The translations under genes were made by a program, and so were the position numbers. The notes beneath the pieces were generated by a model that worked only from the letters and a program-made list of their open reading frames with translations, made no database searches and was not told where the DNA came from. Source: Lama glama (taxonomy: Eukaryota). Taken from it: a stretch of DNA of 64,000 nucleotides. Shown here one piece after another: positions 38,500 to 49,372 of the stretch. Where the stretch lies: the NCBI GenBank assembly GCA_028534125.1, contig CM052816.1, positions 98,334,001 through 98,398,000 on the forward strand. The letters are read 5' to 3'. Numbering within the stretch: the stretch's first letter is position 1; every line of letters begins with the position of its first letter.

Positions 38500-38775
38500 T
38501 TCACTTATTCAATCAATAAATAGTAACTGCTATGTGGCATTTTCGGTTTTCTAGGCACTGAAATACCCCTCATAAAAGAAACAAGTAAAATATACAACAG
38601 CTTAGATGATAGGTATTTTGGAGAAAAATAATCGTGGAGAAAGAGCAGGCAGTGCTGGAGAGAGTGGCTGCAAATTTAAATCAGTGGAAGGCATTCTGAA
38701 AAGGGGACGTTTGGGTAAAGAGACGAGGGGTGAGTGAGAGAGGCGTGTGGGTCTTGGGAGTAACATGCCAGGCTG
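38500..38775 (-). mobile_element. L2 fragment
   Basis: 'ttattcaatcaataaata..ctgctatgtggca..ttctaggcactg..caaatttaaatcagtggaaggcattctgaaaaggggacgtttggg'. Confidence 0.65.
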
Positions 38776-40754
38776 ACCTTGATAGGAGGTCAGAGTTTGG
38801 GGCTGACATCTAGTGACTTCTCCCCACCCACTCACCCCCGTCATCACCCACCCATGCCGCCTCCATGGTCCTGGAGTGGCCCCCGACCCAGGCTCTCACC
38901 ACCGGAGGCCCCAGGACTGTGATCGCCCACAGTGACTTTGCTGGTGGCTCCTTGGATGGGATCTGGGACCAAGGTTGTTTCTTCCTCTCACAATCACCCT
39001 GTCCACTCTGAGGACAGTGGGGGTGGCTTCCCCAGAGAGCAGGTTGAGACCAGAGGGCCTTGTCTGGACGAGGATTCCTCCTTCCTGTGATGCCAAAGTG
39101 TAGCCTTTACTTAATCTCTTAAATGAGATGGTTTTACTTTTCTTCTGTATAATTTGATATTTAACTCATCACAGACACTTAAAATTATCCAGTTACATTC
39201 ACTGTGAGATGTGAGTGGGCAGATGGTGGAGCACAGCTGTAATCACCACATTTATGCCTCAGAGATATGTTCAAAGTGTATTCCTCCTCCATGGAAAGTA
39301 AATTGAACCTATGATTTCATCTAGTCACTCCTGGGCTTAAAAACAAAGCAAAACGAAGAGGTAATCGTCACCGACACAGGCCCCAGCCTCTGCAGCCTCC
39401 TGCACCCTTAGAGGCTTTATACGTAATTACTGACATTTCTCCTTCTACTCTGACTTAAGAGCATTGTCTTATGCCCTTTGCTCAGTAGGCCCATCTCCTT
39501 TACTTTATGAAACAACCTTTCACATCGTCATGGCTCCATCTTCTCTGTCACGCAAACCTAATTTGTACAGCCATGGCCAGCTTCCTACAAAACTGTCAAA
39601 TAGTTCTTTTTCCCTTCCCAAGTCCCTTTATTCCCATGGGTTCCAAGGATCAGGCATTTCTGACCCAGGGGAGGCTTTGGGAGGAAACATAACTGTCACC
39701 AGGTGGAGAGGAATATGCAGAATATTTAAGTGAAGGAAGGGCAGCTGTTCAAACATCAAGTGCAGGCTGGGTGGTTGTTAAGATTATACTGCCTGCAAAA
39801 GCGGCAGGCCTCTGAGCACATGCCTTGGGGGGACCATCCCCACCCCGCAGGGTCCCTAGGACACCTGGCAGCCACCCTGGTGTCCAGTGCAGGAGGCCAC
39901 AGAGCCCGTCCTGCTGACAACCTCTGCACACGTGGAGTTTTCCTCCAGGAGTTTGAAGACCCTGTCTGTCCTCTCATCACTTCCTTCTGAGCGTCCCAGG
40001 ACCTGGGCTGCGCAGGATCCTTTGTTCTCCTGACTGTGCAGTTTTCCAGCAGGGGTGCGTCTTGCCCTCCTGCAGTGGCATGCAGCGTGGCTGTCACGTA
40101 GAAGTCACATACATCCACTGCTTCCTACAGAATGCCAAGTGTTGCCTGATCGCCGAGTTTATTTGAGGACAAAGACAGCAGCTTCCCCTTAGTGGGCTCC
40201 AGGTAAGCGAATTGTGTCATGTTCACACTCCTTCCATCTCTCTCTCTATTACCCATGAGGAAAGCACATTCCAGCATCACATGCACAGGTTGTGAGCTGG
40301 CCCAGAGGGATGGGATACAGCCATGAGAGCATCCTTCACACGGGGCTGCCTGTCTCCCAGTGCTCCTGGGAGAGACATGTGGATCTGAGGACTGGAAGAG
40401 ATCGTGGGTGTTATGTAGCCAAATCTACGCCATCTATAGATGTGCAGGATCTTGTCCAAATTGGCAGAGCCAGAGTTAAATAACAGGTTTTCTGAATGAG
40501 CGATAGGTGTCATTCTGTGTTTATAACACTGGGGGAAAAAGAATACGTGGTCCTGTCATGGCAAGAGCAAACTCATCTGTCAAGCCGGGAGAGGTGGCAG
40601 CGAGTAAGGAGGCAGCAGAAGAGGCCAGAAGGGGCAGGGGCCAGGAAGCGAGGCTGGTGCACCCCCTGGGAGAATGATGCTGGTACCCTCCCCCTCCCCC
40701 TCCAAGGGGGGGCTTTTCCCTCCAGCAGCTGCAAATCATCCCACTCAGCCTGTG

Positions 40755-40880
40755 AGTTACTGATCGATCTGTTCAAACTGTATTAAGTGCCTATATTGTG
40801 CCAAGGACTGAATTGACTGCTGGGAATTGAATATTTAAGACGCACATTGGCTGCCTTCCAGAAGCTTCCAGTATAGCTAA
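40755..40880 (-). mobile_element. L2 3'-end fragment
   Basis: 'tattaagtgcctatattgtgccaaggactg..tgctggga..ctgccttccagaagctt'. Confidence 0.6.
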
Positions 40881-42474
40881 AATTTTCCAAAAAAAAACAA
40901 ACAGGCAAATAGCCAGCAGCAGCAAATCCAGGAAACAATTGTAGTTCACAGGAGCTTCGCTTCACGTGGCTGAATGAGCAGTACCTCCACACGACCCTAA
41001 GAAAGAATGAATCAGTGGGAGGGCTGGTATCAAGACGGAAGCAGAGCAGTAAAGACAGCATAGGGGTGGGGACTACGAATACGAGAGAGAGAGAGAGAGA
41101 CACGAGGACCATGGATGTGCCCAAGCCCCAGAGCCTGCTGACTTATTAATGCAGCCCAACACGACAAGGGGGTAGACGCCCTAAGACAAATCCGTCTCTC
41201 TGGCTCCAGAGCTCTGACCAGAGGGCGCCCGCCCGCCAGTCTCAAGCCCAGGCTCAGGACCAGGTCACTGCCGGGGAGATGCGGGGCCTCCAGGGAACTC
41301 ACGGTTAGTGGTGTGACATCTACATCAGCCTGAAGACTCAGCAGCAGCTGCCTGCACGCGTGTGCTGCCTTCAGCCGCCCGTGTTGTTGTGACAGGTGAT
41401 TAGAAGGAAGTGCTTGGGGAATTGTCCTTGCTCCTCATTGTGAATTCATGCAAAGCCATTTTGAATTAAACATCTGTCAGCAACTAAGTGAGAGTCACCG
41501 GAATCCAGCCCCTATGACATCTGTGCATTCGTCTCTGGGAGAGAATGAAACTTCAGTTGTAAAATAAATAAGATGCATATGCCTTATGCAGAGCTGCACG
41601 ATGAATTTAGGATTATAGTTTTCAGAACCCGTGTAAGATGAGCCGCGGTGCAGATCTGTAATGCTCTTGTCTCGTGTGCACACCTCACGAGTGCTCACTT
41701 ACCACACCGAAGGCAGAGCACGAACGGAGGCTGGTAGGTAAGCCAGACAAGCATGATGGGTGGTGGCTGTAAACCCAACAAAACAAGCTCAATGCTTAGA
41801 TGTCAAAGGCGAGTTACAAACGGAAGGGTGAAGAGGAGATCTGGAAAGGAAAAGGTTGCAAATATGACAATGATCCTCTGTCTGTGAAAGCGAAATCTTA
41901 GCCGAGGTGTTTTCAACTACATCTGTCAAGCAGCAAATCACTGAGATCAACTATTGGTTAAATATGACAACTGCAATAAAAATGTCATTTTTAATAACAG
42001 ACCAGATGTTTTCACTGAGAACAAGTAGGAAAGCTGGAAAACATGCTTTGCTCGAAGACACTAGGGCTCTAATGTCTGAAGTGGTGGTGGGAGCCGAGCA
42101 TTACTGAAGTGCTGTGGGACAAGACCAGAGAGAGAAAGAAAGCCAGGCGGGGGAGCCCAGCACGGTAGGCTTTTTCCCTCCAGGAGCACCTGCTGGTTCT
42201 GGGATGCTGAGAGGCTCAGAAACTGCACAGAGCTCCGGTTCACCCCTGCGAGAACAAAAGCCGAGGTCCAGGGCCTGTTGTCAGGGTGGATGGTCGGAAC
42301 CCCTGATCGCCTGCCCCAGCTCTTACAGACTGTCCCGCACTCTGTTCCAGCACAGCTGTGTTTCCAGACTTGCTCTGCACTCTTGTGCAGAGCATCAGAA
42401 CCAAATCAACTTGTGCTTGCTCACCTTGTCTCCTGGGATTTCTTTCTTTGATAGCAGCATCCATCTCCAGTAGT

Positions 42475-42690
42475 TAGAAAAATAAATAGCAGCACATTAA
42501 GTCTAAATAAATTGAAGAACTAATAAGTAAGGGAAGAAATTAATGAAATACACACATGTATGAAATTTAGATGAAATGGACATGTTTCCAGAAAAAAACA
42601 TAACTTACCAATCCTAAAAAAATGAATATTGTCTTACTAGTGCGATAAAGATCGAAGAAGTATAATTGAAAATCTTCACATCATAGTCTC
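42475..42690 (+). mobile_element. Ancient L1 ORF2 fragment
   Basis: 'aaatttagatgaaatggacatgtttccagaaaaaaacataacttaccaa' corresponds to the L1 ORF2 NLDEMDKFLE..NLP motif. Confidence 0.7.
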
Positions 42691-45267
42691 TATTGTGTGA
42701 TTCCAGCAAAAATCTAAAGAAAATGAAGAAAGTGACAGCATTAATTACATCTAGACGCTTCTGTTTCTGGAGATCCGGACTTCCCGTGAGCTGCTGAAGC
42801 TGAGCGAGACTGCTGCAGCCCCTCTCCTACACACAAAGGCCACTTTACAAAGTGGAGGGCATGACAGAGGTGAACGTGCAGGGTGAAGTCACACGAGGCT
42901 TCTCAGTGTGTTGTTCACATCAGACACAGCAAGGAACCCACTTCAAGAAAAACATACCGCAGGCAATGGCCGCAGAACCTGGTGCCTTTCTAAATGACTG
43001 TGCTGTCACCCCCGGTGTGCCTGAAGACAATGCCACATCCACTGACCACCTGTCTCGCCCACCCTTGTGGACTGCCCCAAGACATCACAGTCAGTAAATG
43101 GCTGAAATACGTCTGCATCACCCTTTGTTGGTCAAGTTAAATGTGAATACGGCGACTCCCGGGTGCCTGGGTTCAGCTGTGTGAAAAGAGATGGAGCGCC
43201 CGGGGATGCATGGAGACCTGGGCTCGTGCCCATTCAGTCCATAAAAGATGCGAGGGCTCAAGGCCCTTACGAATTGGGTAAAATCTGGTTTAATATATTT
43301 ATTTATCTGAAGAAAGTTGCTATCACTGGATGACTTCAGAGGGACCAGAAGACCAGCTGGTAGCTTACAACAGTAATGCTGGTTCGAAATGTTGCAAAGC
43401 TGAAGACCAGGTGAGATGATGGGGGTGAAGGGGCAGGCATGACAGGTCTCTCAGGACGAAACTGTCACTGATGAGTAGGTTGAAGAAGAGTGAATAAGGC
43501 GAACGAACCTTCTGCCCAGAGCATAGACAGAGCATTGACCTGAGGGCCTGGCCTTTTTAGGGGCACCGGGATAGCCCAGTGGAGCGCCAGTGAAAGAGGG
43601 GGCTGACACTGGTGCGCCCAGCCACCCTCTGTCCACGGGAGTGGGCTTGAAACATCAGGTCCCCGTCGGCCAGACCGGCCGTTTGACAGCGGTGTGAGCT
43701 CGAGCTCTCCCAGACTCGCGCGTGGCCTGCAGGCCCAGCAGGCGCCCTCGCTGATGATCCACCTGAGCTGCTCCCCTACGTGGGTCTAACTCATGAGGAG
43801 AAAATGTGCTGGTTCTGCCAGCAGGAGTATTGCGTCCTGAATAGCAATCAGATTGCTCATGTTGTAAAATTAACCATCTGGTCCTCTGGTTTTATGTGTC
43901 TTGTGGGCTTGGTTTTTAAGAGCACGGCCCCCAAAAATGGACCTTCCTGGCATGATGACAGAGTCACACTTCTGAGCCTGTAATGCCGAGGTCAGACCCC
44001 ACTCTGAGGTGCCATTACTAGAGCCATCCACGCCGGAATTTGGGGCACAACTCTGCACCATCTTTCTGCCTCTGGCCAAGTTCTGACTTCTCCAGTTTGA
44101 AACTTCAGCATCAGCCTGTGCAGGCAAGAGTGAGAATCATCGGCCCTGGAGGGTCAATTCTGAGAGCCCCAAACTCTAGGATGAAGGAAAGCAACAGAAA
44201 AAGATGTCTTGTACTGGCAAATTGCCAATGAAAGGCTAGTCAGTAAGTATTTCTTTATACCAGGACAAAGAAGAATTTTTCAAAATGTTCTATGAGGCAA
44301 TAGAAAATAAACACATAGTAACTAACATTATTAATTAGGCTTCATATGATGTCATGAGTAATATCTTATTTGATATCTGTTTTGCATGTTTTATTTCAGG
44401 GAAAAGACATATATTTAGAAAGGCTCTCAAATGTTCATTTAAATATGACCCCAGGCCTCCCTCATGATTTTTCCTACACGGTCATGAGCAATTGTGACTT
44501 CTCTTACTGTGGAATTTTCAACCAGGCAGGTGGGAAAAGTACATCGAAGGCCACGGGACCCTGAACAAAGGTAACTGTTTCTTTGAGCACATGGGAGGAC
44601 TCCCTCCAAGTTAATTCATTTTGTACATTTTGAAAAACGGCGGTAAAAATGCGAGGTAATAAACAGGGTTTAATTGTAATAGTGAAACATCTGGAAAACC
44701 TTGACCTTTCTTGTATCCCAGCTAAATAATTGTCTCTCTGATCTTATCAACTCAAATCTGGAGGCTTAATATTCTTGTCCCTGGAGAAGGGAAAAGACAC
44801 ACAAAAATTCAATTGCACCGACTGTTTGAGGAAAGGACGGGGCACTACAATGAAGGGGTGTTTAGCGCTCATCTTTTTTAGAGTGGCAGCAAATAAACTC
44901 TCACAGAGCAACTCTGTGTGACAAACTGTCCTGGGAAACTTGGCCTGTAAGTCAAGAGCTTTGCAATGCTCTTTCCCTCACAGCTGGCCCTCCCATTTCT
45001 CAAGATTCCTCTTAAACGATGACCAAGTCAGCAACTGCCGCTAGTGGTTCATTTGGTGGCCTGTGCAAATTTCACGGTTGACTTTGGATTTCCAAGCACA
45101 AACAAGGCTCCTTTCCTGCATTCAAAAGCTCATGCTCTACTAAGAGACAAAAATGGGAAACAGGTAACGATGCTCAAATATAATATCAGTGCAACAGCTT
45201 TAATGGTGAAAAGTCAGAGAAAATGTGTCTCTCACATAGAAGTTGTTATATAAACTCTGGGAGACAG

Positions 45268-45670
45268 TACATTAGTAGGAGTTTTCTAGAGAAGCAGAAC
45301 CAATGGGATGGGTGGATAAATAGAGATTTGTTTTAGAAATTGTCTCAGGGGATTATGAGGACTGACAAGCCTAAAATCTGCAGGGCAGACAGCAGACTAG
45401 AGACCCAGGGAAGAGGTGATGCTGCAGTTGAAGTCAGAAGGCAGAAGTCCTTTTCCTTTGGGGGACCTCAGTCTTTTTCTCTTAAGTCCTTCAACTGATT
45501 GGATGAGGCCCACCCATGTATGTGGAGGGCAATCTGGTTTGCTCAAAATCTACTGATTTAAATGTTAATTTTGTTTTTAAAAATACCTTCATGGAAATAT
45601 TTAAAATATGTTTGACCAAATATATGGGCACTGTGGCCTAGCCTGGTTGACACATAACGTTAATGATCAT
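45268..45670 (-). mobile_element. MLT2 (ERVL) solo LTR
   Basis: 'attagt..tctagagaagcagaaccaat..aaatctgcagggcag..ccttcaactgattggatgaggcccacccat..tttgaccaaata..gggcactgtggcctagcc..ttgacacataa', the full antisense MLT2 layout. Confidence 0.9.
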
Positions 45671-45719
45671 ATTTACTTTATAAAGCCACCATGTTACTTT
45701 ATAAAAATTAGAAAAATTG

Positions 45720-46560
45720 AATGCTGACACAGGCCTGGGGCCACCCCAGGGTTTTGGGCAAGGACTGTGGGTTCTGTCCAGCTGTTGTTTTTGTTTTTGT
45801 TTTTTTTAAGGAAGGAGAAGAGACAAGGTCTAATTTGTATTTTGGAAAGATCTCTCTCTGACTGGGGAAGGTGGGTTAGAGACAGATAAACCTGGAAGCA
45901 GAGCATCCCATTGAGAAGCATCCTGACAAGATCCAAGGTGACCTGGTCTCTGGCAGTGACAATGGAGAAAAGGACAGTTTCAGGAATATTAGGGAGATGG
46001 GCAGACAACTGTTTGGATGTAGGTTTCTGTGTAGGAACCAAGTGGATTGTGGTGCTCTTTCCAGAGACCAGGGACACAGGACACAGGGCCATTTGTTCAC
46101 AGTGGAAGAGCCCACACTGCCCACAAATGGAAAAAGGAGGGCACAGGGCCCTGGAGTTAAGTGACATTTACAAGGTGTTTCCTGAAAAAGACCACACTGA
46201 GAAACAGAGAGGGTTCTGTAAAGGGGGTCCCTGGGAGGAGTAGGGCAAGGTGGAAGGTCAAGTTCTTCAAGTGAATTCCTGAAAAGTGACAGGAGAGTGT
46301 ATCAGTTTAACCATAAAGAGGTCATTATGACTCAAGGAAGAAAGGTTTCTAGGCTGGGTTTGGAGTAGAAGCTGCACTGATGTGAACTGAAGAGGGGACC
46401 CCTGGTGAGGAAGGAGCGGGTGTCAGGGGCAATGGGGTCATAGTGCCATCTGCTGGGGAGGATTCTGGGAGCAAAGAGGGCACTGATCACCTAAGCAGAG
46501 GAGGTGATTGATGGAGCAAAGTCTTTGAGGAGTAGGCTGGTCATGGAGGCTTCCACACCC
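45720..46560 (-). mobile_element. L2 fragment(s)
   Basis: 'ggtctaatttgtattttggaaagatctctctg..ggaagcagag..ggcagtgacaatggagaaaag..ttggatgtagg..gaggtcattatgact'. Confidence 0.6.
46441..46456 (-). promoter_or_regulatory. Candidate CTCF site
   Basis: Reverse complement CCAGCAGATGGCACTA fits the core CCASYAGRKGGCRS without mismatch. Motif only. Confidence 0.5.
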
Positions 46561-46879
46561 GAGCAGGAAGATGGATAGACAGGTCTTCCAAGGTCATGGG
46601 AGCAAAGAAGGCACTTCATTCCCTGTGGCCCCTGAAATTCTCATGGAGACACTTGCCAATCTTAACAAGAGGAAGACGTAGCCTAACAACGTGGTGTCCA
46701 CTGAGACCAGGGCTTGGTGCTGGTGGCGGGACGGGGCAGAGGACAGAGGGCTATGGACATCTGGCAAAGGAGACAACCTCAGGGCCAAACGATCTCTCTC
46801 CAGTTCTCCCGAGAACCAGAAAACCAAAACCACCTACAGGCGATGAAAGGAATGACCAGGGCTCTCTGGACACTCCTTT

Positions 46880-47236
46880 GGCTGAGGTGGCCCTGAGTCG
46901 TGTCCACATTTTGAGTTTTCCTCCTTCTGGACACATGATAGGACTGCACTTGCATTTTCATGCCACCACGAGCACAGTCAGCCCCACACTGTGGCAGAGG
47001 AGATGTGAGACGGGATGTGTGACATTTGTAGACAGAAGACACTGTTCGTATGGTCAGCCTTATTCTCTTCCCCCCGTAGTAGAAAGTAGAGGCTGCCCCA
47101 CCCCAGGGACCTGAGGGGACACACGAGCAGAGCTCTCTGGGCATGAGGTCTGAACAAAATACCGACCTTTGCAGTGATAGGACCGTGTGGCCTGGGGCTC
47201 TTTCTGCAGAATATTGTAACTTAACCGATTGGCACA
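46880..47236 (+). mobile_element. MLT1I/J-like LTR
   Basis: 'cctccttctggacacatgataggactgcactt..gagatgtgag..atgtgtgacattt'. Confidence 0.6.
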
Positions 47237-48369
47237 GTCGCTACTTTGTTTTGGTTCCTTTTAGATGGATTAATGACCCTATGTGAATCTTCCATAGGAT
47301 GTATTTTACTATAAGTGAAGAATGAGATTAAGTAATTTTTCCAGTAAAACCAGATACAGATTATTCATTAACTGAATCAATGGGCTATTGACCCTCTGGG
47401 GTTTAATTTCATACTTTTCCTAGAAACTGTGTTTTTATAAAACTTGAACCATTAAAATTCATTTACAATAGGTAATATGAGGATATTTCTTGCATGGAAG
47501 ATGAGAAGCATGATTGTTGTGGTTTTTATAGAATCACTTAATACTAGTAAATACCCGCGGTCCTTCCACTTCCCGACCACTCTGTGATCCTTTGAGAAGA
47601 GATGCTGTGAAGCCAGGCCTCCTGTTCACATGTTGGCCTCCCCTGGTAGAGTGAATTTTCCTGAGAGCATGTCCTGTTCACCCTGCAGTCCCAATGTGTA
47701 GCACAGAGAAGAACAAATAGCAGACAAAAAAATAGTGCTTTGTGAATAAGCAGTGTTTCCAAATTTATATTATTCCCCGACCTATTTTAAACTATGACGC
47801 AGCAAGCAGTAATTGAAATAGATTTTAAAAATCTTTCAGATGGGCACACAGGCATAAAGGAAGTTAGATAGGTCAGTCTAGAGGCGCCTCAGCCCAGAGA
47901 ATTGGTGGAAAGCTTTTCGGACTTCGCATTTTGCCCAGCGGCCATTAGGACGGCTGGTGAGGCAGCTGCCTTAAACAGGACCAATCTTCCTGCTGGGGAA
48001 CTCGGCATGCAAATTATATCAACACGCGGCATTCATCTTCTTACAACGGAAATAGTGATATAAACTACCTGACGTTAAATGTTTGAAATAGAAAGGAACT
48101 CATCATGTGCAGTATGAGTTTCAGAAGAATGGTTCTAAGAGATTCCCAACTATTTCGAAATTGTGAAGTCAAAAGGAGAAATGTCAAGATGCTGGAGAGC
48201 CAGAGATGTTTATGAGGAATTTCTTGCATATTTTGAATGACGGGGTTGCACAGAATAATTTCGGGAGAAAAATTCAGCCATTTTTTGGTGACAACAGCCA
48301 TAGTTTCAGAATTTGTTACTGAGCTCCACAGACTTGTTTCTACAAGCTGTTGCAGTGAAATATATACCT

Positions 48370-48729
48370 CCTGGGGGAAGGGCTTTTTAGCTGCATGTTA
48401 AGGGATACTTACCCAACAGTGAGGGGGATGTAAGGTCTCACCTACCTTGAAGTCTGGAGGCAAGCTCTTTCAGGGTTGGTCAGATCGCTGACACATCTCT
48501 TGTCATCAAGGACCTGGTGATTTCCATTCTACTATCCCCCAAAGTTTATTGGCTTTTCCCTAGAGTATTGACCCTCTAGGATTGCAAGAAGAAGCCAGAG
48601 TTCTAGACATAATATTCTCCTCCAAAGGAAGAAAGGGAATTTCTTCCCAAGTATATCTTTTATCAGGATATTAGATTTTCCCAGAAAAGTCCAACAGCAG
48701 TCATAGCCTTAAATCTCAAAGTCAAATAC
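48370..48729 (-). mobile_element. MLT1L/K-like LTR (left piece)
   Basis: 'tagctgcatg..gaagtctggaggca..cagggttggt..tgtcatcaaggacctgg..tttccat..ctttt atcagga..tttcccagaa'. Confidence 0.6.
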
Positions 48730-49207
48730 TGTGCTGATTATTTTCTGTAAACACTCAGCCAACATTTCTGCCCTTTATATGTCCCTCCTTCATATGTTGA
48801 AGGGGCTGGATATCTCAAATCTACATTTCAAAAACTCCCTTCCAGCTGGAGTCCTGGATCGTGAACTGCCAGTGAGATATGCTTGTATGAAATGTTCCAG
48901 TCAGACCTGAGGTGGGACCCATCTCCCTAACACTGTGGCTCCCAGACCACTAGGAGTGCATTCAGTGGCTGGAATCCACATTTCAGCATCTAGACGGCAG
49001 CTCTGTGACGTGAGGTGGCTGTGGTGACTGATGCCAGTGATGGTAGAAGCTCCCTCCTCTCCCCATGGCTCAGTTCTGTGCCATTGAAACCACCCAGTGG
49101 TACCTCCTGACCTTCCCTCCTCCATCTCTTAATCTCTGTGTTAAACGACGTTCTACTTGAAATGCTCCTTGTGGATTCTGTTTCCTGCCTTGAGCCCCGA
49201 CTGGTAC
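48730..49207 (+). mobile_element. ERVL LTR33-like solo LTR
   Basis: 'ctacatttcaaaaactcccttccagctggagtcctggat' and terminus 'ttctacttgaaatgctc..gtggattctgtttcctg..gagccccgactggtac'. Confidence 0.65.
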
Positions 49208-49209
49208 CC

Positions 49210-49372
49210 AGTTACTGGTATTATCATGACTCTCCATGCCCAGAGGCTGAACAAGAGACTCCTAGTCCATGAGCATATTGCCACCCAAGACCTGGAAATA
49301 AAGGCTGAGCTTCTGGCTAAATAAGTGGGGAGAGAGATGGTTGAGGGGGAGCAACCGACAGTGACTGCCTCT
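49210..49372 (-). mobile_element. MLT1L/K-like LTR (right piece)
   Basis: 'gggagagagatggttgagggggagcaaccgacagtgactgcc' resembles the antisense MLT1 5' terminus (..ggcaaccaacagtgtctgccaca). Confidence 0.55.

Noticed and set aside
36953..44570. Protein-coding exon chain 36930-36956 / 40131-40202 / 44530-44570 (last piece reads WEKYIEGHGTLNK)
   Set aside because: The middle exon has stop codons in all three frames, so no continuous CDS is possible. Kept only as a non-coding hypothesis.
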